Sequence record: OR992644.1 | DNA: 43,553 nt | Direction: 5' to 3' (one strand) | Origin: Escherichia phage EP-B-K_E2 | Shown here: positions 1 through 8,880 of the stretch, piece after piece | Position numbering within the stretch: position 1 is the first letter of the stretch | Layout: each line of letters begins with the position of its first letter | The notes under the pieces: generated by a model | Databases searched by the model: none | What the model was told of the DNA's origin: nothing | What the model saw: only the letters and a program-made list of their open reading frames with translations | Translations under genes and position numbers: made by a program

Positions 1-1
1 C

Positions 2-364
2 ACAAACGGTGAAAATCTTGGTTTCGGTTTCTGTGCCGAAGTTGGGGGGTTTATAAACTGCGAACGGTCGCACGCCCTCGGAAATCAGGTAGCTGGGTTT
101 TACGCGCTTAGCAATGGGAGTATGTGGGCGCACGCGTGTGTATCTAACAACAATATAGGCCACGGCTTCTATGCCCTAAACGGGGGCGTGGTTGAAGGTA
201 ATGGGCTTAGTACCGCAGACGCAGATAGGTCCAACGCCTACAGTAATGGCGGATGGGGTTTTTACGCAGTAAATGGTGGGATAATGCAGGCGTGGAACTC
301 ATATTCAACCAATAATAGTCAGGGCACTTACGGGACCTCAAACGGTGGGATAATGCTTCCATAG
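2..364 (+). CDS. tailspike C-terminal segment (continuation of the CDS starting at 42150, across the circular junction)
   Basis: Frame of 42150 ORF continues through the 55-bp terminal overlap into frame 2 at window start; stop at 362-364; repeated GFYAxNGG beta-helix-like motifs. Confidence 0.65.
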   Translation, partial: TNGENLGFGFCAEVGGFINCERSHALGNQVAGFYALSNGSMWAHACVSNNNIGHGFYALNGGVVEGNGLSTADADRSNAYSNGGWGFYAVNGGIMQAWNSYSTNNSQGTYGTSNGGIMLP

Positions 365-370
365 GTTGAA

Positions 371-394
371 GGCCCCAAACGGGGCCTTTTCTTT
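371..394 (+). terminator. rho-independent terminator after tailspike
   Basis: GC stem ggcccc-aaac-ggggcc followed by ttttcttt. Confidence 0.6.
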
Positions 395-596
395 ACTCTT
401 CTGATAACTTCTCAAGTACAAACGCCAGTTGCGCATTAGCGGCGTCTCTTTGCTGGCGTAGTCGTAGAACCTCCTCCTCGAGTTCCTTGATACGTTTTAT
501 TTCTCGCTTTAACTGCATAGCAAGAAGTTGCTCGCGGGCGTTAAGAGCGTCTTTTATCAATTCGTTGCAAGCGTCAATATCGAACTCATTACTCAT
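393..596 (-). CDS. hypothetical coiled-coil protein
   Basis: 67-aa ORF, heptad-like charged sequence, last gene of minus-strand operon. Confidence 0.5.
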   Translation of the reverse strand: MSNEFDIDACNELIKDALNAREQLLAMQLKREIKRIKELEEEVLRLRQQRDAANAQLAFVLEKLSEE

Positions 597-2017
597 TTCT
601 TACCTCGTCTCTTCATGTAGTTAAGCAACTCTTCCTGTACAGATTTCTTCTCGTCTGTACGCGCAGCAACAACCTCATCCAGCGTGTCTTTAGCTACGAT
701 ATGGTAGAGGAACACCGGGCGCTCGTGGCCCGCCTGTTTCTGGCGTACCGGGCCGATGCGCTCAACGACCTGCAAATAGTGCTCAAGGTTCCAGCCCTGC
801 GAAATAAACGCCAGATGGTGACCGCCGTCCTGTAAATTCAAACCATGCCCGGCTGACGCAGGATGTACGCATAGGATTTCGATTTCGCCACGGTTCCACG
901 CTTCCATCTGCTTATTACCCTTAGCGCCTTTTGCAAACGCCTGTGCCTGCGGGAAACGTTTCAGGATGCGTTCCAGTTCGTGCTTGAACTGATAAGCCAC
1001 AAGCAGCGGTGCACCCTGTAACTCCTCAACAATCGACCCCAGCGCATCCAGTTTCGTGTCGTGCACTTTCTCCCAGTCTTTGGTTGCTTCGCCGTCTGGC
1101 CCCGACACATACACGGCGCCGGATGCAATCTGGAGGCACTTCGACGTCTTCGCCGCCGCGTTAGCGGCTTCAACTTCTCCGCTCTCCAGTTCCGCGAATA
1201 ACTTCTCCTCCATATCGATGTACGCCTGACGCGCTTTCTTAGGCAGGTCGATTTCAACCGGTACAATAATCGGCGCTTCACAACCAAACCACTCGGCAGC
1301 GTCAATCGTGAGACTAATGTCTTTCATCTTCTGATGAATCTCAGTATCCGCACCCGGGCGGGCGTGATATTCACGCGCCATAGCCGACTTACCTTTCTGC
1401 ACTGAGTTAAACCAGCGGTCGGTGAATGCCGTGTACGATGAACCGAGGCGCTCTCCTGCGTCGATAAACCAGTTCTGGCCCCACAAGTCCTTGAGGCCGT
1501 TAGGTGATGGTGTACCAGTCAGGTTGATGAAACGCTTAACTTTACCGAATGCCACTTTGCTGAGCGCCTTCGCTCGCTTGCTCCCACCCGAACAGCTGCG
1601 GAAAGATTTTAGCTTCGTGCTTTCATCGGCAACGATAACCGTGAAAGGCCAGTCGTCTTTGCCGTAGTAGTCAATCAGCCATTCGATAACTTCGTAGTTA
1701 GTGCACACCACGTTAGCATCTGACTCCAGCGCCGCGATGCGGCGCTTCTCCGAACCAGTTGCATCTACGACACGCAGACAAGGGAATTGCCATTTCTCTT
1801 GTTCAGCGGGCCACGTACCGGACGCAACACGTAACGGGGCAAGGATTAACACGCGGTCCTCTTCCGTAAGCTGCCCGTTGCGGAACAGGCGGTTGAGCAC
1901 CCACATAGTGGAGGAGGTTTTACCTCCCCCCATTCCGCACCAGATATTACAGCGCGGGTGTTGCAGCATGAACGAAGTCATGAGCTTCTGGTACTCGCGC
2001 CTTTGAAACTTACTCAT
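593..2017 (-). CDS. SNF2/DEAD-like superfamily 2 DNA helicase
   Basis: Walker A GMGGGKTS, DExx-like VADES, helicase C-terminal region; 474 aa. Confidence 0.75.
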   Translation of the reverse strand: MSKFQRREYQKLMTSFMLQHPRCNIWCGMGGGKTSSTMWVLNRLFRNGQLTEEDRVLILAPLRVASGTWPAEQEKWQFPCLRVVDATGSEKRRIAALESDANVVCTNYEVIEWLIDYYGKDDWPFTVIVADESTKLKSFRSCSGGSKRAKALSKVAFGKVKRFINLTGTPSPNGLKDLWGQNWFIDAGERLGSSYTAFTDRWFNSVQKGKSAMAREYHARPGADTEIHQKMKDISLTIDAAEWFGCEAPIIVPVEIDLPKKARQAYIDMEEKLFAELESGEVEAANAAAKTSKCLQIASGAVYVSGPDGEATKDWEKVHDTKLDALGSIVEELQGAPLLVAYQFKHELERILKRFPQAQAFAKGAKGNKQMEAWNRGEIEILCVHPASAGHGLNLQDGGHHLAFISQGWNLEHYLQVVERIGPVRQKQAGHERPVFLYHIVAKDTLDEVVAARTDEKKSVQEELLNYMKRRGKK

Positions 2018-2939
2018 TTACCGCCCCCATGAATGCCTTTATAAATTCAGCGGCTACTTGCGGGACGATGGCATTGCCATAACCGCGCAATCGTCCCACT
2101 CTGGCGGGTACCCCATTAGCCAGCGGGAATGTGCCGGGTTCAACTGGCCTGAATTTTCCATCCCGGCATCCGAGCCAGTCAGTATCTGACCAGAAGCCGT
2201 GATGCGGATTGGCCGCGATATTTTCAGTCCCTGCTCCGTTGAGTAGTCCAGCCTGCTGAATGTCCTGTCCTTCCCGTCCTTGCGAATAACTGTCTCTCCG
2301 CTCCCTCTGTAATCGTTCGCGGTCGGCGTCACCCATGCCGCCATCGCAGCGGCCCATCCCAGTTTGTTCGGTTTCGTCCTGCCGTCTGTGCTGCGCATGT
2401 TCACGTCGTTTGTTATCAGTGATACCGCCGGTGTGGGCCAGTCTGTGCGCGCCGAAGAACAGCCTGTCGCGTTTGTGCGGTGCGCCGACGCTACAAGCTG
2501 GGAGTACGGCAAACCCGACGGCGTAGTCTTCTCCTTCCAGGTGAGTTTGTAAATCGCACATCCACGATTTTGCAATTGCTGGCGCAACTTGTTCCCCAAA
2601 GATGACTGGAGGACGGCACTCGCTGATGAGGTCAAGGAAGACTGGAGCGAGGTGTCTCGGGTCGAACTGTCCGAGTTGTTTTCCTGCCGCGCTAAACGGT
2701 TGGCAAGGCGGGCTTCCCGTCCAGAGAGGCGTATCTTCCGAAACTCCCGCAAGTCTGAGCGCGAGAGACCAGCCGCCGATACCAGCGAAAAAATGACACT
2801 GGGTGAACCCGTCAAGGTCTTCTGGTCTAACTTCAGTAATGCTTCTTTCATCTACAACTCCAAAAGGTATGTGGCCCTGTTTTATCAACTCGCGCAGCCA
2901 CGCGGTTGCGCCTTTATCCCACTCGTTGTAATAGTTCAT
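2010..2939 (-). CDS. DNA (cytosine-5)-methyltransferase
   Basis: Motif I FFAGIGG, motif IV GSPPCQPFSAAGK (PCQ), motif VIII RDRLFFG, C-terminal GNAIVP. Confidence 0.75.
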   Translation of the reverse strand: MNYYNEWDKGATAWLRELIKQGHIPFGVVDERSITEVRPEDLDGFTQCHFFAGIGGWSLALRLAGVSEDTPLWTGSPPCQPFSAAGKQLGQFDPRHLAPVFLDLISECRPPVIFGEQVAPAIAKSWMCDLQTHLEGEDYAVGFAVLPACSVGAPHKRDRLFFGAHRLAHTGGITDNKRREHAQHRRQDETEQTGMGRCDGGMGDADRERLQRERRDSYSQGREGQDIQQAGLLNGAGTENIAANPHHGFWSDTDWLGCRDGKFRPVEPGTFPLANGVPARVGRLRGYGNAIVPQVAAEFIKAFMGAVNE

Positions 2940-3127
2940 TTTGCCACCAAAACTAGCTCTTTACGCCCGAACGCCGTAACGTTACCGGTTACATCTTCGA
3001 TAACCAGTTTACCGTTTGACTCGACGAACACAGTATCAACGGCAACAGGCTGGCGGGTCTTAACGTTGAAAATCATGTCGCCAGGTACGATGTCACGTGC
3101 TGGCTTGCGGTCATATTCGTGTTTCAT
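2936..3127 (-). CDS. hypothetical protein
   Basis: 63-aa ORF tightly coupled to upstream genes, promoter immediately upstream. Confidence 0.45.
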   Translation of the reverse strand: MKHEYDRKPARDIVPGDMIFNVKTRQPVAVDTVFVESNGKLVIEDVTGNVTAFGRKELVLVAK

Positions 3128-3157
3128 TTCTCAATTCCTTATATTGTTGGTGTATGG

Positions 3158-3445
3158 CTAACTATAATAGTTCGCTATTAGGTCGTCAACCTGTTTAAAC
3201 GAACCAACGACAAAAACATTTGCACCGCGTTTACGCATCCGCTCATGCTCACGTAACTGGTGCGGGTCAGGCTTCGTGTTTTCGTCTTTCTTAACCTCGA
3301 CGAACCAGACGATGCCGCCGGGGAGAATTACCAGCAGGTCAGGGGCGCCGGAGCGCCCCTCGTACGAAAGTTTACGAACGAGGCCGCCAATGGCCTCGAA
3401 TTGCTCTTTTGCGTATTTCTGTACGCGGCCCTCTTTAGTCGCCAT
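3158..3445 (-). CDS. VRR-NUC domain nuclease (PD-(D/E)XK)
   Basis: GAPDLLVILPGG...VEVK motif typical of VRR-NUC. Confidence 0.7.
   Translation of the reverse strand: MATKEGRVQKYAKEQFEAIGGLVRKLSYEGRSGAPDLLVILPGGIVWFVEVKKDENTKPDPHQLREHERMRKRGANVFVVGSFKQVDDLIANYYS
3161..3189 (-). promoter_or_regulatory. sigma70-like promoter TTGACG-N17-TATAGT with AATAG-N4-CTATT dyad
   Basis: Read on minus strand; same architecture as 7070-7098 and 9383-9411. Confidence 0.6.
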
Positions 3446-3941
3446 GGTTGCAAAACTCTCCGTGCAGTTTTGCCCTAAATTCTCTCAGCGATTCGTCTGC
3501 TTCATTTAGGTTCTGGAAATACCCAATCTGGTGGCGTGTACCTTTAAAACCAACGCGGGCACACCAAGCATTATGGTGCTTACTCCAGTTAACCCCTTTC
3601 ACCCCGCTGGTGTTTGTAACTGGGGTCTTGCGGTTATGGTTCTGTTGAAATTCATCCGCAAGCCGTAGGTTACAAATCCGATTATCGTCCCGTATGCCGT
3701 TAATATGGTCTATTTGCTTAGTTGGCATCTCTCCGTACACCCACCACCACGCCAGCCTGTGTGCGCGGTAATACACCCTATTCCATCCTAACAATATGTA
3801 CCCTTTACGGTCCTTGTATGTAACAACATCTCCGGGTTTCGCGGTCTGGCATCTGTGCTTGACCCATTTAAATATCCCGGTATCTGGGTCGTATGACAGA
3901 AAATCTTTTATATCGTCACTTGGTGCTTTCATAATACACAC
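3435..3941 (-). CDS. HNH homing-type endonuclease with AP2-like DNA-binding domain
   Basis: HRLAWWWVYGEMPTKQIDHINGIRDDNRICNLRL HNH motif; C-terminal GVKGVNW...YFQNLNEA AP2-like. Confidence 0.65.
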   Translation of the reverse strand: MCIMKAPSDDIKDFLSYDPDTGIFKWVKHRCQTAKPGDVVTYKDRKGYILLGWNRVYYRAHRLAWWWVYGEMPTKQIDHINGIRDDNRICNLRLADEFQQNHNRKTPVTNTSGVKGVNWSKHHNAWCARVGFKGTRHQIGYFQNLNEADESLREFRAKLHGEFCNHGD

Positions 3942-4135
3942 CCCTCACGTTTCGTATGCTCAATACCGCAGCGCGGACAGATTCGGCAGTCTTCCTCATA
4001 AAACCAGTAAATTTTCATTCCAGCACCCACAGATAAATTGCGATGAACATACCCAATACGGCTACCATCATGCCGTATTACCCCTCGTGACAGTAGACAC
4101 CGGCGGCGAATCCCGCCAGTACCGCAATAATCAGT

Positions 4136-6316
4136 TTACTTAGCATAGCGCTTCATCTCCGCACCTTCCGCTACAAGAGGGAACCCCTCTGCCCACTCTG
4201 GTAATTCGCACATCAACCGTTCAAGCTCTGCGACATTGTATTCCGGTAAATCTGGCGTCTCGCAGATAATCTCATCGTGAACATGAAGCACAATTGGGTA
4301 GCCGTTTGCTTCGACGTTAAGCAGGGCATTAGCCAGCAAATCACGGCACAGCGCCTGAGTGCAGTTTTCCACCAGTTTACCGGAGTAGGTATACTGGAAG
4401 CCCCACTGCCTGGTTAACTGGTTTTCGCCCTGGTACTTGATGCGCACGTTAGTAGACACCTTCCCGTCTTCGTCTGTCTCTTTTGATACACTTAAACCAA
4501 CGCCCGGGTAAGACATAACGCGGCCCGACGGCAACGTCATGCGCAACCACCAGCCCGCGACTTTGTTGCCGTTGGTGTCTGTTTCTACGTTACGCGAAAA
4601 CTTAACGCCCCGCGGCCCTGCGGTGAACTCTTTACCTGGGTTGCGGATAGCCGCCATAGCTGCATCTTCAATATCTCGCCAGAAAGCTACTGTTTCCGGG
4701 TGAGACTCGCGCCACATGCGCTTGATAGCGTCACAGGTACGCCACACTTTCTTATCAAGAATATATGATGGTCGGTCATCCTTTTCACCTGGACGTGGTG
4801 GTCGCTTGGCTTCCTGAATACGCGCCCACTCATATCCACGTGCGGTAGCAGCCCAGATGTGGTCGGGGAAAGTCCCATCCATTGTTTTTGCCATATCAAC
4901 CAGGTCAAGGCCAAGGTTCTTGGCGAACTGTACGAATGCGCCGACGCCGCCCGCATAGCCAAGCCCAAGTTCGCAGGCCTTACCAATCTGGCGCAAATCT
5001 TTACGTTCTTTCTTAATGTAATCTGGGTCCATGCCGAACATCTTACCTGCGGTTACGCAGTAAATATCCAGTCCGGCGCGGAACGTATCTAGCGCGGTTT
5101 CTTCGCCTGCCAGCCACGCTAAACCACGGCCTTCGACGTTTGAGTAATCGGCGACGACAAACTTATGCCCCACTTCCGGTATGATGCAGCTACGTACCGT
5201 CGATGCCGTTAGCTTGGCTACATCAAAACGGCGGTGTGCCCGGCCTTTAAGTAACGCTGAAATGCCTTTATCCAATTCATCATCGTGATAGTACCCGCGC
5301 GCCAGGTTCTGCGGCTGGAAGCCTTTACCTGCAAACCGTAACGTACGCTTGGCCCCACCGTACTGGATGCAACCACGGCGTCGGTCGTCAGACGAGCGGC
5401 CCAACAGCAGCGGGTTATATTTCGTTGACGCGGTGGACGCGGCCCCGAGGCGCATTTCGATAATTGTGCGTGCGTCGTCCGGTAAATCATCGTCCGCCAG
5501 CAGGTCGTTAAGCGTCGACTTCTGTGCGTTGTGTATGCGGTGTGCAGGGGAGAGTTCACGAAGAATCGGCAGAAAGTCCTTACCAGTAAGCGAGCCGCCG
5601 TATTTGCGTTGGGCTTCCTCCTGTAACTGCGCTTTGTGTTTCTCCACGGCTTCAATAGCGGCTTCCGCCAGTGCAACGTCAACCTTAAACCCGCGGTCGT
5701 TGATTAACTGGTCCAGTTCCAGTACACGGTCTTCGAACTCAGAGTTACCCCAACGCGGCAGCTTATGGAAGACTTCACGCATCGCAGTGATGTCGCTCAC
5801 GGCGTACTTGATGAACAGCGCCCACTCGTCCGGGTGTGTTTCTGCGGTGTAGCGGCGGATTTTGTAATTCTTCGGTGTCGGTTTAGAGAAACGCTGAATC
5901 AGCGCCTTGCCGCGTTTATCTTTTGCATTGTCAGCAGACACGCCGAGCACTTCACACAGCGCATCAAGTGAACCCGGCAGCGCGTGACGAAACGCCCAAA
6001 TCATCGTATCAATGGTGTTGCTTACGGGAATATCAAAGCCCCAGCAGTGTTTCATGATGGGCCTATCGAAAAGTCCACCGTTGTGCCACACCATCTTAAT
6101 GCGGCTGTTTGGCTTCACCAGACGGCGCAGAGCACGGTGCAAATCTCCTGGCATGTCGCTGCCGTCAGTGCAATCCCATACACGTACTGGCTCGTCGTCA
6201 AAAGAGTATGTACAGATAAGCACTTCGGTTGACGGATGCTCGGCGTAAGCGTAAGAACCGACTTTCTTCAAATCGGCTTCGGAGAATGTTTCAAAGTCTA
6301 AGAACAGGTAACTCAT
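4136..6316 (-). CDS. family A DNA polymerase with 3'-5' exonuclease domain
   Basis: Exo motif LFLDFETFS; pol motif A DYSNVEGR, motif B RQIGKACELGLGYAGG, motif C VLHVHDEI. Confidence 0.85.
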   Translation of the reverse strand: MSYLFLDFETFSEADLKKVGSYAYAEHPSTEVLICTYSFDDEPVRVWDCTDGSDMPGDLHRALRRLVKPNSRIKMVWHNGGLFDRPIMKHCWGFDIPVSNTIDTMIWAFRHALPGSLDALCEVLGVSADNAKDKRGKALIQRFSKPTPKNYKIRRYTAETHPDEWALFIKYAVSDITAMREVFHKLPRWGNSEFEDRVLELDQLINDRGFKVDVALAEAAIEAVEKHKAQLQEEAQRKYGGSLTGKDFLPILRELSPAHRIHNAQKSTLNDLLADDDLPDDARTIIEMRLGAASTASTKYNPLLLGRSSDDRRRGCIQYGGAKRTLRFAGKGFQPQNLARGYYHDDELDKGISALLKGRAHRRFDVAKLTASTVRSCIIPEVGHKFVVADYSNVEGRGLAWLAGEETALDTFRAGLDIYCVTAGKMFGMDPDYIKKERKDLRQIGKACELGLGYAGGVGAFVQFAKNLGLDLVDMAKTMDGTFPDHIWAATARGYEWARIQEAKRPPRPGEKDDRPSYILDKKVWRTCDAIKRMWRESHPETVAFWRDIEDAAMAAIRNPGKEFTAGPRGVKFSRNVETDTNGNKVAGWWLRMTLPSGRVMSYPGVGLSVSKETDEDGKVSTNVRIKYQGENQLTRQWGFQYTYSGKLVENCTQALCRDLLANALLNVEANGYPIVLHVHDEIICETPDLPEYNVAELERLMCELPEWAEGFPLVAEGAEMKRYAK

Positions 6317-6375
6317 TATTTTCGACCCTTAGTAAAAAGGCCCAATGAAGGGCCTTAGTTAAATTGATTCAGATA

Positions 6376-7002
6376 TTAGCGACGGCGACGTTCGCGGCGC
6401 GGTGATCCATCTTCTTCGTCGTCTTCCAGGTCATCGACGCTTGCGGCGACTTTAGAGCCACCAAACGCTTTACCTTCCCCGACGTACTTAATCGCCAGCA
6501 GGTTAACACCGAGAACTTTATATTTCTGGCTGAACCAGATTTCGACGCTTACGTTAGCAACGCAGCCACTGTAAACCTGTTCGCCTTCAATCTGTTCACC
6601 GTCTACGTTGAAGTCCTGCTCTACCTGGGTCTCACCTTTTTTAGAGGTTACAATCAGTGGCTGTTTCTGTGCCTTCGCTTTGAAGTAGAAGCCTTCCGGG
6701 AAGTCTTCAAACGGATTGTCGCGCTCAGCAATGTCTTTAATCGCGCATTTATCCATGTGCTTACCTTCGCCATAGTTGGACTTCATCCACTTCTCGGCGG
6801 CGGCTGCACCTAACGCTTCTTCAACTACAGCGTAAACATTGTCGTAGAGTGCATCGATTTGGGCATGGTCAGACGGCAGGATAATAGTTGCGCTGTACTG
6901 GCCTTTAGTGATTGAACCATCATCGTTTTCACGGTCTTTTTCGCGTTCAAATACGTTAACCCATGCAGTGTTTACTTTACGCAGATTTAATTTCAGTCCC
7001 AT
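6376..7002 (-). CDS. DUF2815-like protein (possible ssDNA-binding protein)
   Basis: 208 aa, acidic C-terminal region, position between polymerase and DUF2800-like nuclease. Confidence 0.45.
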   Translation of the reverse strand: MGLKLNLRKVNTAWVNVFEREKDRENDDGSITKGQYSATIILPSDHAQIDALYDNVYAVVEEALGAAAAEKWMKSNYGEGKHMDKCAIKDIAERDNPFEDFPEGFYFKAKAQKQPLIVTSKKGETQVEQDFNVDGEQIEGEQVYSGCVANVSVEIWFSQKYKVLGVNLLAIKYVGEGKAFGGSKVAASVDDLEDDEEDGSPRRERRRR

Positions 7003-7069
7003 CTTGATTTCTCGCTTTTCAGTTTATATTTCAAAGTTTACTCCGGGAACTGCCCGGCCAGTGATTAGA

Positions 7070-7098
7070 ACTATAATAGCTAACTATTCAGGTGTCAA
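7070..7098 (-). promoter_or_regulatory. sigma70-like promoter TTGACA-N17-TATAGT with AATAG-N4-CTATT dyad
   Basis: Read on minus strand upstream of 6376-7002. Confidence 0.6.
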
Positions 7099-7129
7099 CC
7101 CTTCCAGCCAGTTATTTTCTCAACTATAG

Positions 7130-7360
7130 TTAGGTATAGTTAGGCCACTTCAAATTACGAACCCACTCAACTTCTTTGGCGTACACCAAATCCTCTAGCT
7201 CTATTTTCCTGCACTTGAACGCGGTATACGCGAAAAACGGAAGAAGCATTATGACAAGCGGCAATATTAGCGCGTGATAAGTTAAAAACGCCACAAAACC
7301 GCCAATTACTCTGAACATTTTACGAATCATTCTAAATCCTCCTCTGTTACCTGATTCCAC
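7130..7360 (-). CDS. small membrane protein
   Basis: 76 aa with hydrophobic stretch VIGGFVAFLTYHALILPLVIMLLPFFAY. Confidence 0.45.
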   Translation of the reverse strand: MESGNRGGFRMIRKMFRVIGGFVAFLTYHALILPLVIMLLPFFAYTAFKCRKIELEDLVYAKEVEWVRNLKWPNYT

Positions 7361-8583
7361 TCAGGACGTTTGTCGTCTGCCGTTGCGACACATGGTGCGC
7401 CCGGCTTACGGGTAATGAAGTCTTTCAGTTCTTCTTCCGGTATGACTTTAACAGCTTCGGTAGGCGTCATGAGCACTTCTTTAGTCAGCTTGTCGCCGTA
7501 GAGTTCTGTTACTTTCTCCGCGTCTTTCCACGCACGATTACCCGGGCGGCCTTCAACCAGTTTGTACCCTGGCACTTTCTTACCGGAATGCAACACGGCC
7601 GCCATCGCTTTCTCGACCTTATCGATGTGCTGGCGCAACAACGGCAACTTCTCATACTCGGCGACGAGTTGCTCCGGCGTTAGTTCTAGTGCAAAGTCGT
7701 CTTCAAGTTCTTCCGCCAGTACAGAATTAACCGTCTTTGTACGCGCGGCGCATTGTTCAGAGAACCTACACCACTGACAACCATCTACCGACGGCTTAAA
7801 GTCCGACGCTTTCAGGTTCTTCTTACCGCGGAAGTACGCATCTAGCGCTAACAGCGCGCGTTTCTGTGCGAACTTGGCGAACAGTTCCAGCCCTTCAACC
7901 GGGATGTCCCACTCCGACGCACCGCCAGCGTACGGCTGGAAGATAACCAGACGAACGGTTGTTATGTTATAACGTCTCTTAAGTCTGCGATAAACACCGA
8001 GAGCGTAAAGCATAAGCTGCTTGTTTTCTTTCGCTTCGACACGATGCCGCCCTGTTTTAAGGTCGCCGATAATGAGCATGTGCTCGTCGGTGTTTGTCAG
8101 TTCCTGAACGGCAACAAGGTCTGCGGTTCCGAACGTCTCAACGCCTTCATACCCCGGATGCAATACCTCAGTAAGATTTACGCGCATCTCCAGCTTAGCG
8201 AAAGTAGCCACGTCGATAATCGGTTTGCAGTAGTCGGTGTACTTGCGCACCTGCTCAATCATGTCCGCCGTAATCAGTACAGCGCCTTTCATAGGACTGA
8301 TTAGCGCCTTAATCTGGCCTTTGCCCTCATCCAGAACATAAGCACCGACTTCACGCTCTAACGGTAGCGCAGTTCCGCGAATATAAGCGTTGAGATGGAC
8401 CTCAGCTATAGTGTGGCACGCGGTCCCTGTAACGGCAGCTTTACCAGATGTGTTAGGAATATCTTTTTCACAGGCCAGTGATGCAGCACAACTCAGCCAC
8501 TTTTTAGCGCCTGACGGTGACAGTAAGGCATGTACATCATTATTGCCGCCGCGTTCTTTAAGAATCATACCCTGTTCTCCCAC
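7327..8583 (-). CDS. DUF2800-like PD-(D/E)XK nuclease (RecB/Cas4-like, Cys cluster)
   Basis: N-terminal HALLSPSGAKKW signature, C-terminal CQWCRF...C cysteine cluster. Confidence 0.6.
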   Translation of the reverse strand: MGEQGMILKERGGNNDVHALLSPSGAKKWLSCAASLACEKDIPNTSGKAAVTGTACHTIAEVHLNAYIRGTALPLEREVGAYVLDEGKGQIKALISPMKGAVLITADMIEQVRKYTDYCKPIIDVATFAKLEMRVNLTEVLHPGYEGVETFGTADLVAVQELTNTDEHMLIIGDLKTGRHRVEAKENKQLMLYALGVYRRLKRRYNITTVRLVIFQPYAGGASEWDIPVEGLELFAKFAQKRALLALDAYFRGKKNLKASDFKPSVDGCQWCRFSEQCAARTKTVNSVLAEELEDDFALELTPEQLVAEYEKLPLLRQHIDKVEKAMAAVLHSGKKVPGYKLVEGRPGNRAWKDAEKVTELYGDKLTKEVLMTPTEAVKVIPEEELKDFITRKPGAPCVATADDKRPEWNQVTEEDLE

Positions 8584-8837
8584 TGGTCAATTAAATGTCG
8601 CGTCTTGTGATGGCAATGCATAGCCCAGCCATACATCGACTCGAAGACATAAAAGTCAGGCTTGGCGAAAGTCGTACGCTTAATATGCGACACGTGGCGG
8701 CCTATGTCTTTAGGCCGTGGCACTTTGCCTAAGTACGCCATCTCTTCCATCTGGTGTGCACCGGACGGCGCGCGCAATAACCATAGCGCCTCTGTGTTAT
8801 CCCGCCTGTCAACGGCGCGGTATAGTTGGTAAATCAT
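8565..8837 (-). CDS. hypothetical protein
   Basis: 90-aa ORF in operon context. Confidence 0.4.
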   Translation of the reverse strand: MIYQLYRAVDRRDNTEALWLLRAPSGAHQMEEMAYLGKVPRPKDIGRHVSHIKRTTFAKPDFYVFESMYGWAMHCHHKTRHLIDQWENRV

Positions 8838-8880
8838 AATTCCGACCCTCAGTTAAAGCGGCCCGAAGGCCGCGGGATAG

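Noticed and set aside
1-55. Terminal repeat as a biological direct terminal repeat
   Set aside because: It interrupts the tailspike frame exactly in phase, which is the signature of an assembler overlap on a circular or permuted genome rather than defined virion ends.
961-2006. Several 80-114-aa ORFs overlapping the helicase gene on both strands
   Set aside because: Lie entirely inside the 474-aa helicase with clear motifs; extreme Arg/Ser content; no start signals.
2054-2851. 265-aa alternative minus-strand frame overlapping the methyltransferase
   Set aside because: Same strand, different frame; the annotated frame carries the canonical methyltransferase motifs while this frame is Ser/Arg-rich.
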